Made by a program: the position numbers and the translations under genes. From Syntrophales bacterium (lineage in GTDB: Bacteria > Desulfobacterota > Syntrophia > Syntrophales > PHBD01), in assembly GCA_963668175.1 (NCBI GenBank), contig OY764159.1:2656001-2720000 (forward strand): DNA of 64,000 nt. Direction: 5' to 3'. Of this stretch, positions 49,314 to 60,096 are shown one piece after another. Every line of letters begins with the position of its first letter. The first letter of the stretch is position 1. The notes beneath the pieces were generated by a model. That model was not told the origin of the DNA, did not search any database, and saw only the letters and a list, made by a program, of their open reading frames with translations.

Positions 49314-51049
49314 CTTATCCCCTTTCGTCTGGCGGGCTTACGTTTGCCGATGGCCGCCGGGTCGGCCTTCCGGAGACGGGACATCTCGTCGCGGCCTTTT
49401 TGCAGGTTGTTCAGCCGGCTTTTCTCTATCGCGGCGGCAAAGGTGTTCTCTTCAGCCAGCGTATCGAGTTCCGCCTCCAGGGCGGCGATCTGGATCGAAA
49501 GGGTCTTCTGCCGGGATTTTCGCTCTCTGAGGCTGCGGTCGGACAGATTTCGTAACTGGAGGGCCTCCGCCCGATCCTTCGCTTCCTGGGCCGCACGGGC
49601 GCTCCCCGTCAGCACCCCGGCGGGGCCGAGGTAAACGTCGAGAAGATCGATGCCGGAGCCGGAGATCAGGAACTCGCGAATCTGGTTGGAATGGGCCATG
49701 CCGCGGGATTTCAGGATGTAAAGCCCGCGGTTGCGCTCCCCGTTTAGCTCGATATCCCGGACGACGATCCAGGAGTCCACCATAGAGGAGACATCTTCGT
49801 CTGTTTGCACCTTTGGGGTTCCCGTGTGCATCAAATCCGTCATCATCGCCGTGATGTGGTTCATCTTCAGGTAATCGATGAGACGCGTGAGCATGGATTT
49901 GATCTCCGCTTTCGTTCCCACGGAGCTCAGGTTGCTGATCGGGTCGATGACAATAACCTGAGGTTGCGATCTCATGATGACATGGTGCAGCGAGGCCAGG
50001 TGCATCTCCAGGCCGCAGAAGGAAGGCCGAATGGCATGGAAGGAGAGGAGCCCCTTCTTGATCCAGGCGTTGAGATCGAGCCCTATGGAATGCATGTTGC
50101 GGACGATCTGCGAGGGCGATTCCTCGAAGGTGATATAGAGGCTCTTTTCCTTGCGGCGGCAGGCACCGTCGACAAAGTAAGCGGCAATCGTCGACTTCCC
50201 CGTCCCGGCGCTGCCCGAAACGAGGATCGTGCTGCCGCGGTAGAATCCCCTGCCGTCGAGCATATTATCCAGGCGTTCGATCCCCGAGGAGATTCGGTCC
50301 TTCGCAACGGGGTAATCGAGGCGCAGCGATGTGACCGGCAGGACGGAGATGCCGTCCCTCTCGATGAGGAAGGGATATTCGTCGGCCCCGTGGGAGGAGC
50401 CGCGGTACTTGATGATGCGCATACGCCGGGTGGAAATCTGCTCCATTACGCGGAAATCGAGATAGATGACGCAGTCCGCCACGTACTCCTCCAGGCCGTG
50501 ACGCGTCAGGGTCTTTTCCCCCTTTTCCCCGGTGACGACCGCTGTCACTCCCCGGTCTTTCAGCCAGCGAAAGAGCCGATGCAATTCGGAGCGGAGGATG
50601 GCGCTGTCGCTGAACCCGCCGAAGAGGGCCTCGACCGTATCGAGGACGACCCTCTTGGCGCCGACGGACTCGATGGCGTGCGCAAGGCGGATGAAGAGGC
50701 CTTCCAGGTCGTATTCCCCTGTTTCCTCAATCTCGGAGCGGTTGATGGCGACGTAGTCCACGGCGAGTTTTCCGCGGCGGACCATCTCTGCCACGTCGAT
50801 GCCCAACGAGAGGAAGTTTTTGGCGAGGTCGTCCTCCGACTCCTCAAAGGACATGAAGATGCCGGGTTCGTTGTACTCCTTGATGCCCCTCGCGAGAAAT
50901 TCCATAGCGAATAACGTTTTGCCGCAGCCGGGGCCGCCGCACAAAAGCGTTGGCCTCCCTTTCGGCAGCCCGCCGTTGCTGATTTCGTCAAACCCCCTGA
51001 TGCCCGTCGGACATTTCGCAAGGGTCTGGGACGAACGTGTCTTGGCCAT
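49310..51049 (-). CDS. kaiC: Double-domain KaiC ATPase/kinase
   Basis: Two P-loops ([15 protein letters not shown]), FEES twice, KYRGS/KSRGM, VLTGSAR. Confidence 0.96.
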   Translation of the reverse strand: MAKTRSSQTLAKCPTGIRGFDEISNGGLPKGRPTLLCGGPGCGKTLFAMEFLARGIKEYNEPGIFMSFEESEDDLAKNFLSLGIDVAEMVRRGKLAVDYVAINRSEIEETGEYDLEGLFIRLAHAIESVGAKRVVLDTVEALFGGFSDSAILRSELHRLFRWLKDRGVTAVVTGEKGEKTLTRHGLEEYVADCVIYLDFRVMEQISTRRMRIIKYRGSSHGADEYPFLIERDGISVLPVTSLRLDYPVAKDRISSGIERLDNMLDGRGFYRGSTILVSGSAGTGKSTIAAYFVDGACRRKEKSLYITFEESPSQIVRNMHSIGLDLNAWIKKGLLSFHAIRPSFCGLEMHLASLHHVIMRSQPQVIVIDPISNLSSVGTKAEIKSMLTRLIDYLKMNHITAMMTDLMHTGTPKVQTDEDVSSMVDSWIVVRDIELNGERNRGLYILKSRGMAHSNQIREFLISGSGIDLLDVYLGPAGVLTGSARAAQEAKDRAEALQLRNLSDRSLRERKSRQKTLSIQIAALEAELDTLAEENTFAAAIEKSRLNNLQKGRDEMSRLRKADPAAIGKRKPARRKGIR

Positions 51050-51373
51050 TTACGACCTCCAGGATTAATTTAGAGGAAATAGAGATAGGTGGATGAGATC
51101 TGTGTTAACGGCTTTTTCATTTTCATCAGGAGCCTGTGTCGCAGGATCAACTTCTGAAAACCGATCAACCGGGTCGCTGGTTGCATAATGATGAATTATT
51201 TAACATAACATTTATAAATCCTGGCCATATTCTTGTCAAGTTTCATTTCAGTATATATCGTTTGTGACTTGGAACCAGCTCCCCGAACTACATTTCAACA
51301 AGTACAGGAAGAAGTATCGGCCCCGCCTTGTCGCCGGCGGGACGAGCGCTTGCCGGATGTCTCTCCCGCCCCT

Positions 51374-51613
51374 TTATTTGAACCAGCCTTCGAGGAACAG
51401 TTTGCTGATGATGGAGCAGGCGTTGCCGACGGTCAGAAGGGCGCTCGCGGCGACCACGAGCGCGACGAAGAGGAGTACGCTCCTGAAGGTCAGGCGCCGA
51501 TAGTTGCTAAGGACGGCGGTCACGGATTTCTTTTCGGCCGTCACTTCGCCGATGGCGGAAAGAAAGAGGATAATCAGGAATATGACGCCGTATATGGCAA
51601 ACGCCCTGAGCAT
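51374..51613 (-). CDS. Small 2-TM membrane protein
   Basis: 79 aa, two hydrophobic segments, AGGA RBS. Confidence 0.6.
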   Translation of the reverse strand: MLRAFAIYGVIFLIILFLSAIGEVTAEKKSVTAVLSNYRRLTFRSVLLFVALVVAASALLTVGNACSIISKLFLEGWFK

Positions 51614-52175
51614 AGGACTTCCTTAAAAATATCGTTCGGGACCCGTGGAGGTAGGGATGTAACGCCCGGCGGGATCGCGCCCCCATAACGCGATGCCGTG
51701 TCCGCCGTCCGAAGGAGAGAAGCGCCCGGCACGGTCCCCGGCCCCGGGGAGGACTGCGAAGGGTTCCTCGACCGGCGCTCTGCCCCATGGCCGCGAATCC
51801 CCGCGGCGATACCGCCCGCCCATCCCGCGTATCGCAGTGCCGCTGCCGGCCGGGCCGGAATGTGACACGTACCGGAATCTTGAACCCATTCTCCCCGCAT
51901 TGTCAAGGGCAATATCAGTGATGCATTATTATTAATACATATAAAGCATGTAATACCCATGCCGTTCGCGGCGGGATATGAAATGGGGCCGATACCGGCG
52001 GCAGGGCTGGAACCGGGGGGAATCCCGCGCGGTAAAACATGCCGGGGAGGACGGCGGGGCGGTGCCGCGCCGGAAACGGCTGCGCACATCGGCGAGGCTG
52101 CGTCGGGTGGCCGGAAGTCGAAGCGGTGTCCGGTGTGCAGCCAAAGACGGCGGATCGGGGAGGACAACCGCGCGG

Positions 52176-52847
52176 TCAGGGGAACGTGGCGCCCTGGGTT
52201 TTCCCGTGCAGGGTGCGCAGATCGTACAGGCTTTCCTTGCTGTGGTAATCGTCCAGGACCGAACGGGCCGCCGCATTGGCCTTCGCCTCCATTTCGCGGC
52301 AGTCGGCGGCGGGCGAAAGCCTGCCGATGGCCTTCTCGATATCCGCGGCCGCGGCGATGCCGATGTCCCGATGGCCGTCCTCGTGGGTCTTCAGGTCCTT
52401 CATGTAGCGCTGCCACCTGTCTGCAAGCTCCCGGGGCGCCTTTCTTTCGTCGCCCCATTTCGGCAGGGTGTAGGTGACGTCGACGGACGTCCTGACATTC
52501 TGCACGGCGCAACGGTTTCCTTCGTTGCGGAAGCCGTAGTTCCACTTTATGTACCAGCGCGTGAAGGCGTCGTAGGTCCTGCCTTCGGGCGATTTGATGC
52601 CGCGCCGGTTCAGGTCCTGCCTGATCTCCTGGGCCGTGAGCCCGCGGACGGCATAATGCTTCACGGCGATGCGGACGTGCGGCTCGGCCAGGGCGGCGGA
52701 GGCCGTAAAGAAGACTGCAAAAGCCGCGATAAGACAGACCGGGAAGGCGGGAACGAGGAGCCGGACGGCCGACGATCCTATGCGGGGCGGGGGCGGCGGA
52801 CATGCCTTCCGCCTCGATATCGAGGTTGCGGATACCGGCTTCATCAT
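52176..52847 (-). CDS. DUF922-like exported Zn-dependent protease
   Basis: Y.V.G.T, YTLPKW, HEDGH (HExxH) and YD..T.HG..QGA motifs. Confidence 0.85.
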   Translation of the reverse strand: MMKPVSATSISRRKACPPPPPRIGSSAVRLLVPAFPVCLIAAFAVFFTASAALAEPHVRIAVKHYAVRGLTAQEIRQDLNRRGIKSPEGRTYDAFTRWYIKWNYGFRNEGNRCAVQNVRTSVDVTYTLPKWGDERKAPRELADRWQRYMKDLKTHEDGHRDIGIAAAADIEKAIGRLSPAADCREMEAKANAAARSVLDDYHSKESLYDLRTLHGKTQGATFP

Positions 52848-52848
52848 C

Positions 52849-54018
52849 CTACCGCCTGTCGGATTTCTGTTTTTTTATCTGGATTTCGAAAACGGCCTTC
52901 TTGTCCCTGTAGACCGTGTTGGACGGATCGAGACGGATTGCCTCGTTCAGGTCACGGACGGCGGCCTCGTAGTTATGGAAGATATCGCCCCGGAAGAAGG
53001 CCCGCTTGTAGTGATTCTCGGCCGAAGGCGTGAGTTCTATGAGGCTGTCGAGGTCGGCCAGGGCCCCATTGCTGTCGCGCAGGTTGATCCGGCACCACAG
53101 ACGGCCCTCGTAGGCCTGGATATACGAACGATTGAGGGCGATGACCCGGTCGAAGTCGGACGCGGCCTTTGCGTACAGCTTCTCTTTCAGGAACGCTCCC
53201 CCGCGCGCAAGATAAGAGAACGGCGATTCGCCGCGGGAGACGGCCCTGTCGTAATGGGCGACGGCGCCCTGGAAGTCCCCCCGCTCCAGCGCCTGGGAGC
53301 CCTGAGCGATGTCCAGCTCCGCTTCGATGACGGCGAGTCCCGGATAATTCGGGAAGCGCGGCCGGGCGGCGTTCACGACCGCTTCCATCTCGACGATGGA
53401 CCCGCCGTACTGCGGCGTCGAATAACGGAGCCAATGCTGGCGGACGACGACGGTATCGGGATTCTTCCGGAGGGCCTGATCGAGAAGCGCCCGCTTCCGC
53501 TCCGCTCCGGGATATCCGGAGGCGATGACGACCATGTAAGCGTAGGGGTGAATCAGGATGGGATTCAACTCCAGCGCCTTGCGGAGATCCTCCCATGCGT
53601 TGCCGACCATGACGCCGGCCTGCTCTCGCTGGTCGGGAATTCTGCTGGCTATGCTGGCGCGGGTGAAGAGGTAGACGGCCCTGCCGAGGTAGGGCTGGAA
53701 GGCCTGCGGGTGCTTATCGACCCATTCGTCGAACAGCGGCGCTGCCGCCGGGTTTGTGAACTCGAAATCCCAGAGGGCGGCGGTCAGGCGGTCTTCCGTC
53801 CGGAAATCGGCGGCGTACTGCGCCTGCAGGTCGGCGATCTTCCGGTTCAGGATGGTATACTTTTTCTGGAAAAGAAGCTGCCGCAATTCGCCCTGCGCGG
53901 GAGGAGGACCGCCGGCAGCGGACGCGGCGGCGGCGACGCCGGACAGGGTTGCAACATAAAGGACGGCGGCAAGGAACGGCGCGAATCGTCGCGCGAAGGG
54001 GCGGCGTTTTCCGGTCAT
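52849..54018 (-). CDS. Exported TPR protein (DUF4034-like N-terminus)
   Basis: Signal peptide; PQYGGSIVEM; several TPR-like repeats; AGGAG RBS. Confidence 0.85.
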   Translation of the reverse strand: MTGKRRPFARRFAPFLAAVLYVATLSGVAAAASAAGGPPPAQGELRQLLFQKKYTILNRKIADLQAQYAADFRTEDRLTAALWDFEFTNPAAAPLFDEWVDKHPQAFQPYLGRAVYLFTRASIASRIPDQREQAGVMVGNAWEDLRKALELNPILIHPYAYMVVIASGYPGAERKRALLDQALRKNPDTVVVRQHWLRYSTPQYGGSIVEMEAVVNAARPRFPNYPGLAVIEAELDIAQGSQALERGDFQGAVAHYDRAVSRGESPFSYLARGGAFLKEKLYAKAASDFDRVIALNRSYIQAYEGRLWCRINLRDSNGALADLDSLIELTPSAENHYKRAFFRGDIFHNYEAAVRDLNEAIRLDPSNTVYRDKKAVFEIQIKKQKSDRR

Positions 54019-54595
54019 GGAGACTCCTTCCTGAAAACCGGGCGGGTTAAAGTCGTTTACTTTGCGGCAGTATAGGGAAAAAGACCTTCCGGCGTCAAGC
54101 GAATCGTGACCGGAAAAACAGGAAAGGGGATGCAGGCATGCGGACACGGCGGCGTCAAGGCGGTCCGGCCGGACGGCCGCGGCGGCCATGATGTACACTT
54201 GTGAAAACGTTCGCCGGGTGCCGGGGGCCGTAGTCCGCCGTGTCCGGAACGGCCGGTCATGTCCGATATCCCGGACAGAAAAGCGCGCGGGCCGCGGCTT
54301 CGCAGAAGCGCGTTTCGCCCGGCAAAGGCCGCCGGGCGTTTGCACATCTGCATGACGCTGCAGACGAGAGGAGCTTTGCTTCCATGCAGGACGACGGAAA
54401 TAGCGGCCCGGCAGGTCATCCGTAACGCCTTGGGCTCAAAGGAAAAAGCGCGGCCTTGACGGACAGGCGGCTTCAGGATGCTGGCCCCCTGCGATGCGAT
54501 GCGCAAAGAAACGGCCGCGACCATCCGATGCCGAATCGGCTCCTGTATCGCATCCGGATCGGACGGAACCGGGTTTGCCGTCCGGCCCCGGCAAC

Positions 54596-54611
54596 TGGTA
54601 TACGATTTGCA
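54596..54611 (+). promoter_or_regulatory. Sigma54 promoter
   Basis: TGGTATACGATTTGCA (GG-N10-GC). Confidence 0.75.
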
Positions 54612-54654
54612 AATGCTCAGGTAAATTCACTCAAACTCAAGAGGAGGTTGTAAA

Positions 54655-54975
54655 ATGAAACGTGTTGTATTGATGGCAGTGGCTGCGTTATTTCTCATGG
54701 CGTTACCCGCATTCGCGCAGGACAGCGACAAACCCATTGCACCGAAGAAACAGATCAAGGTACAGACCGATCAGGAACAGACGATGAAGGCCGAACCGGC
54801 CGCCAAGAAGGGCAACAAGCCGAAGAAGCAGGTCAAGGCTCAGACCGACCAGGAACAGACCATGAAGGCCGAACCTGCCGCCAAGAAGGGCCTGAAGCCG
54901 AAGAAGACGAAGAAGGTGCAGACCGATACGGAAATTCAGGAATCCGGACAGAAGAAACCTGTATCGAAGCCCTGA
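54655..54975 (+). CDS. Exported Lys-rich repeat protein
   Basis: Signal peptide ending AFA; 26-aa unit KKQ.K.QTDQEQTMKAEPAAKKG.KP x ~2.5; GAGGAGG RBS. Confidence 0.88.
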   Translation: MKRVVLMAVAALFLMALPAFAQDSDKPIAPKKQIKVQTDQEQTMKAEPAAKKGNKPKKQVKAQTDQEQTMKAEPAAKKGLKPKKTKKVQTDTEIQESGQKKPVSKP

Positions 54976-55018
54976 GCGCGGCATCGCGGCGATCTTTTCC
55001 TGAAAGGATCGGTTAAAG

Positions 55019-55052
55019 AAAAAAAGGCACGAAGCGATTCGTGCCTTTTTTT
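55019..55052. terminator. Bidirectional intrinsic terminator
   Basis: aaaaaaaggcacgaa-gcga-ttcgtgcctttttt. Confidence 0.85.
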
Positions 55053-55297
55053 GTGAAAATGTAAAATCGAAATGGGAAGAGACCATGATAAAACGAACCA
55101 TGCAAAGGACAGAGACGGAGAAATGTCGACGAACGCCGTTCCTGTTTTCTGCTTTCGGATATGGCATGGACGGCTGCTTTGCAGGCGCAGGGGTGCATTA
55201 ATAAATCCGGAAGGCCCCTTCGCGCAAAAAAAAGCGGGGCCGCAAAGGCAGCCCCGCCTGGTCTCGTAAAAGCATGGACGGGTGAATATACGCCGCG

Positions 55298-55648
55298 TCA
55301 GTCGTTCATGTCGTGCCTGATGTGGCGGTAGAGGTTCCGGACCTCGTTCTGCATATTGTGGCATTCGCGGGGAGAGAGCCTGCCGTCCGACTCGTAGCGG
55401 TGCAGGTCGCCCTCGACCCTTTTCAGGTGACGGCGGAGATTCTCGGCCTCTTTATGGTCGATCTGCCTGGTCCTGATCCCGTGATCGATGACCCGGTGGG
55501 CCTTGTTCAGTTCCTTGCGCACTTCATGCCTGCATGCGTGCGCCTCCCTTTCGTGCCGCCCCTCCCGGCCGTACTGGGCGAAACACGGTGCGGCGAAATA
55601 GATGCCGCAGAAGATAATGAAAATCGTCAAAGCGAACCGCTTCTTCAT
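55298..55648 (-). CDS. Exported His/Arg-rich helical protein
   Basis: Signal peptide ending CFA; IDHGIR..QI...EA and SDGRLSPRE. Confidence 0.8.
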   Translation of the reverse strand: MKKRFALTIFIIFCGIYFAAPCFAQYGREGRHEREAHACRHEVRKELNKAHRVIDHGIRTRQIDHKEAENLRRHLKRVEGDLHRYESDGRLSPRECHNMQNEVRNLYRHIRHDMND

Positions 55649-55947
55649 GTCCAAACCCCCTTTCCCGGATGAAAACATCGTTGAACGTTAAACACCCACG
55701 CCATATACCAGCATAATATAAGTATCACGGAGGATAATAAAGTCAATGGGAAAAGGCCGGGAGGCGTAAAAACGGCTTCATGAGCCTATTCGCGGCTTCC
55801 GGGATGGTCGTCCTGATCGGGATGAAATAAAATACGGCCGATTCGCCCTCAGGAAAATGGAGGCGCAAAATCAGGCTTCGGCGCATTGTGCAACGGGCGG
55901 AATCCGGTATGCTGTGGAAGTCACACACAAGACCGGAGGCATGGCCC

Positions 55948-56115
55948 ATGGCGCAATTCTTCACGGACCCCGTCTGCAATCGCGTCGTCGAGAAGGACAA
56001 GGCGGTCCACAGCACCGACCGGGACGGGGAGACGTTCTATTTCTGCTCTGCGGAATGCAAGGAAAAGTTCGACGTGAAAGTGATCGCCGACATGATCGAC
56101 TATCTGAAGTCGTGA
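55948..56115 (+). CDS. YHS domain protein
   Basis: DPVC...GETFYFCSAECKEKF; GGAGG RBS. Confidence 0.85.
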   Translation: MAQFFTDPVCNRVVEKDKAVHSTDRDGETFYFCSAECKEKFDVKVIADMIDYLKS

Positions 56116-56415
56116 GCGGGCGGGTGCGGCGGAAGGATCGGGCATGAAGCGGCGTACCGGTTGCCGGCGCCGCCCCTGCGGATGGTTGAGGGGGGAGGCG
56201 GGAGCTTTCACGGCCTTTGGTGGAAAGGACATGTCCGCTGCCCGCCTTGGGAATGGATCAATATTAAAAAACGAGAAGGACGGCGCCGTTCAGGGGGCCG
56301 GCTGCCGTTTCGCGGGAAGGCCTTCCGTCTTTTAAAATCGTTGGTGTTGCCTCCTCTGTCTATCGGTTCTGCACTGCCATGTCCGCAAAGAGATTGCGGC
56401 CGGACGGCGGCCCGT

Positions 56416-57777
56416 TCACGAATTCCGCAGTCCGTCTTTCAAGGGGACGACCTTGGCCGTCCCGGTTTCGGTTTGCCCGAGTCCCCGTTTCTTCCGTTTT
56501 CCCGCCGTCCGTGCCGCCCGTTCGGACCCGGCTTTCCCGCCGACGGCCCGCAAAGGGGCTCGGGCGCTGCGGGCCGACCCGACGGCGACGAGCGATACCA
56601 GGTCGCCGACGAAGCCGCTGATATGCATGGCCTGGGTCCTCATCTCCTGCACCGTCGAAGCCGATGTTTCCGCGTTGGCGGCGTCTTGCCCGGGCGCCGC
56701 AGGATTCACATCGCGGCCCGTCGCGTTGATCCGCAGGGTCTGTTCGCCGGAGACCGGAAGAATCCAGCCATAGTCGTAATCAGGCGTTTCCGGGACGCGT
56801 GCGGGCGCCGTGGACGGGCGGGCGGAAAAGTAGACCGCCGCGGCGGCAAAAAGGGCGAGAAGGGTCGCCGCGATCCCCAGGACGTCGCTCGCAGCGCCGA
56901 AGGAATACGGCATCTCGTCGGCGGGGACGGTCGCGAGAACGCTCCAGCCGTTGATTTTGACGGGGACGAAACCCGCGTACATGCGGATTCCCCGGCGCGT
57001 ATAGGTCATGACGCCCTTTTCCCCGGCGAGGACCCGCTTCATTACCGCTTCCATGCCCGGTGCGGCCGCCGGGTTATGGCGCAGGATCTGCCCGGAGCCG
57101 GGGCCGACAACGGCGGCTCCTTCCCTGTCGAGGACAAAGGCGCGGCCCGTCCTGCCCAGTTTCATCCCGTCGATCGCCGCGGCAAGGAAGGACACCTTCA
57201 TCCCGCCCGCGACGGCGCCGATGACGCGGCCGTTTTCATCCCGGACCGGATGGGAGAGGATGCAGACGGGTGTCCCGGTCCTATCGGACATCACGGTCTT
57301 ATCGAGGCTGGTCTTGCCCTGCATGGCCGACCTGAAATATGCTCCCGCCCTGATGACGCTTCCCCTGGCCGCCCCGCCGATATTGTCGGCGAGGACGATG
57401 CCGTCCCTGTCGGCGACGACGATGGCGTCAAACCGCCCTTCGGTGAGAGACCGGACGCCGTCCAGTTCCCTCTGGAGCAGGCCGGTTTTCGCACTTTCGC
57501 CGCCGGCGTTCCTTTCCTTGACGGCCCGGATCACGGAGTCCCTTGCAGCCAGCATGGCGATGGCGGCGGACTCGGAAGCGATGGCGCCGTCGACCGTCTC
57601 GGCGATGTTCCCGGAGATCATGCCGAGCTGCTCTTCCGTTTCTCTTTCAAGGTTTGACGTCGTATTGTAAAAGATCGCGGAACCGAGAACGACCGCGAAA
57701 ACGGCCGCCGCGAGGCACCCTCCCAGCGTCCGTCCCGCCTTCCCATTCCTGCTTCCGAAGGAAAAATCGTTCCTCAT
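56416..57777 (-). CDS. dCache-domain chemoreceptor relic lacking most of the signalling domain
   Basis: TM-dCache-TM followed by only DAANAETSASTVQEMRTQAMHISGFVGDL, which resembles the MCP C-terminus. Confidence 0.75.
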   Translation of the reverse strand: MRNDFSFGSRNGKAGRTLGGCLAAAVFAVVLGSAIFYNTTSNLERETEEQLGMISGNIAETVDGAIASESAAIAMLAARDSVIRAVKERNAGGESAKTGLLQRELDGVRSLTEGRFDAIVVADRDGIVLADNIGGAARGSVIRAGAYFRSAMQGKTSLDKTVMSDRTGTPVCILSHPVRDENGRVIGAVAGGMKVSFLAAAIDGMKLGRTGRAFVLDREGAAVVGPGSGQILRHNPAAAPGMEAVMKRVLAGEKGVMTYTRRGIRMYAGFVPVKINGWSVLATVPADEMPYSFGAASDVLGIAATLLALFAAAAVYFSARPSTAPARVPETPDYDYGWILPVSGEQTLRINATGRDVNPAAPGQDAANAETSASTVQEMRTQAMHISGFVGDLVSLVAVGSARSARAPLRAVGGKAGSERAARTAGKRKKRGLGQTETGTAKVVPLKDGLRNS

Positions 57778-57912
57778 GAAGGTTTCCTCGATCGTCCGGT
57801 TATGATATGCCGCGGCCGGTTTCGGGGTTTAAAAGGGCAGGGCGGGGAAGGAACCGCGATGCCGGGAGGTAAGCGCGGCAGTCGACTCCTCGCCCCTGCG
57901 CCCGCTGCCTTG

Positions 57913-58407
57913 TCAGTGCAATAAAGTCTCCGCTATGGCGAGTTCGGAATTAAGAACCTGGTCGATGTCGAGGAGGATCTTCACGCCTCCCGCCGTCTTC
58001 GCCAGCCCCAGAATGTATTCCGTGTCCAGCTTCGTCCCGAAGTTGGGCGTCTCCTCGATCTCCGCCTCCTTGATGTTGAGGACCTCCGAAACGGCGTCCA
58101 CCACGATGCCGATGAGGAAGTCCTGCCCGCTGCCGTGACGGATGTCGACGACGACGATGCAGGTGCGGTCCGTGTACTCCGACTCTTCCATGCTGAACCT
58201 AAGCCTGAGGTCCACGACGGGGATCACCTTGCCGCGGAGGTTGATGACGCCCTTGACGTAGTCGGGCGTCCTGGGGATCTGGGTGACGGTCATCATGCCG
58301 ATGATCTCCTTGATCTTGAGGATTTCGATGCCGTACTCCTCCCCCTTGAGGCTGAAGGTGAGATACTTTCCTTCCCTGGTCTGGATTGCGGTGCCTGTAC
58401 TCTCCAT
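57913..58407 (-). CDS. cheW: Chemotaxis coupling protein CheW, copy 1
   Basis: YLTFSL..EEYGI...VKGVINLRGKVIPVVDLR. Confidence 0.96.
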   Translation of the reverse strand: MESTGTAIQTREGKYLTFSLKGEEYGIEILKIKEIIGMMTVTQIPRTPDYVKGVINLRGKVIPVVDLRLRFSMEESEYTDRTCIVVVDIRHGSGQDFLIGIVVDAVSEVLNIKEAEIEETPNFGTKLDTEYILGLAKTAGGVKILLDIDQVLNSELAIAETLLH

Positions 58408-58850
58408 ATGGACGGTCTCCTTCCGCGCCGGGCGCGGATCGGTGAAATAGAATACGGGTGAAAAGACGGGGGCTTGATGCCTTGGAGGATAGGCGGTGAG
58501 AGCCCCCGTCTTTTCTGACGATTGCCCCGTCAGAAATCCCTGAATTCGTCGCCTGTCCTGTCGGCAACGACGTCTGTTCTACTTGTTCCGTGTTCCCGGG
58601 CGTAGCCCTTCTTCGCGTCCGGCTTCGGCGCCGGAACGGATGATAGCCATGAGGCATCCTCCCGTCATCAGCCTTGCTTTCAGTCCGCTGTTCAGGACGG
58701 AAAAACCTTTACTCATGGGGGTTTCCTGAGTGTCCGGTTATGGTATGCCGCGGCCGGTTTCGGGGTTTAAAAGGGCAGGGCAGGGAAGGAACCGCGATGC
58801 CGGGAGGTAAGCGCGGCAGTCGACTCCTCGCCCCTGCGCCCGCTGCCTTG

Positions 58851-59345
58851 TCAGTGCAATAAAGTCTCCGCTATGGCGAGTTCGGAATTAAGAACCTGGT
58901 CGATGTCGAGGAGGATCTTCACGCCTCCCGCCGTCTTCGCCAGCCCCAGAATGTATTCCGTGTCCAGCTTCGTCCCGAAGTTGGGCGTCTCCTCGATCTC
59001 CGCCTCCTTGATGTTGAGGACCTCCGAAACGGCGTCCACCACGATGCCGATGAGGAAGTCCTGCCCGCTGCCGTGACGGATGTCGACGACGACGATGCAG
59101 GTGCGGTCCGTGTACTCCGACTCTTCCATGCTGAACCTAAGCCTGAGGTCCACGACGGGGATCACCTTGCCGCGGAGGTTGATGACGCCCTTGACGTAGT
59201 CGGGCGTCCTGGGGATCTGGGTGACGGTCATCATGCCGATGATCTCTTTGATCTTGAGGATTTCGATGCCGTACTCCTCCCCCTTGAGGCTGAAGGTGAG
59301 GTACTTTCCTTCCCTGGTCTGGATTGCGGTGCCTGTACTCTCCAT
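58851..59345 (-). CDS. cheW: Chemotaxis coupling protein CheW, copy 2 (identical protein)
   Basis: Same translation as 57913..58407, offset 938 bp. Confidence 0.96.
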   Translation of the reverse strand: MESTGTAIQTREGKYLTFSLKGEEYGIEILKIKEIIGMMTVTQIPRTPDYVKGVINLRGKVIPVVDLRLRFSMEESEYTDRTCIVVVDIRHGSGQDFLIGIVVDAVSEVLNIKEAEIEETPNFGTKLDTEYILGLAKTAGGVKILLDIDQVLNSELAIAETLLH

Positions 59346-60096
59346 ATGGACGGTCTCCTTCCGCGCCGGGCGCGAGTAGTGACGTATTAGCGAAGGGGAA
59401 AAGACGGAAGCCGGACGCGTTGGAGGGGGGAAACCGCTGCCGGCCCCGTCTTTTCGGATTTCTACGTGTTAACGAATCCGGGAAAACGCTTTTGGGAGAT
59501 TCTCCGCGTTTCCCGCCTGCCGTGTGCGACCCTCAGTCTGCCTGCGGGAGGGGCGTGCCGCCTTGCAGACAACTCGGGACGCGCCATATTGAAGCCCCTT
59601 GCTGCGGGCATGTATCGCCAGCCACCATATCTTCGCGGGAACGAACGGCGGAGCTTAAGTACAGGCTTGATGACGGAATCGCCGCAGTATCAGGTCGAAC
59701 GGTTCGCTTGGCGCTTGGGTTTCCCGCCTGCCTCCGCATGTGCCGTAAAACCACGCATGAAAATGTCCGGCCGCATCCGGGTGCCGGTCAAGGGTAGAGG
59801 GCGTCTTTATGATCTTCCTTAAAAAGTAAACAAGATTTATGCCAGGAGCGAATAGATGGAGAGAAAGGTTCAAATAACATGAATAAACAAGGAGATAAGA
59901 AAAATAGCGCCCGTGCCGGGGGAATGCCTGTCCGCCGAAGCCGGACAGGGGGAGGGATCGGAGGCGATTCCCCGTCCGCCGTTGCTGGACATGGACGTAG
60001 TCGTTCGGGATGCCGGCCGGCGGCGGCGCGGCAAACCGGGAATGCCCGGAAACAAAGGATGCGCGGGGATTCCCGGCTGCCGGAATATCCGCCGGA

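Noticed and set aside
51271..51291. gtagttcggggag (minus strand) as another GGGGAC-family copy
   Set aside because: It lacks the ACA and TACTTAATT parts and could be a chance match.
59830..59846. Sigma54-like site TGGCATAAATCTTGT on the minus strand upstream of cheW
   Set aside because: The -12 element reads GT rather than GC and the site is ~500 bp from the start codon, which is insufficient support.
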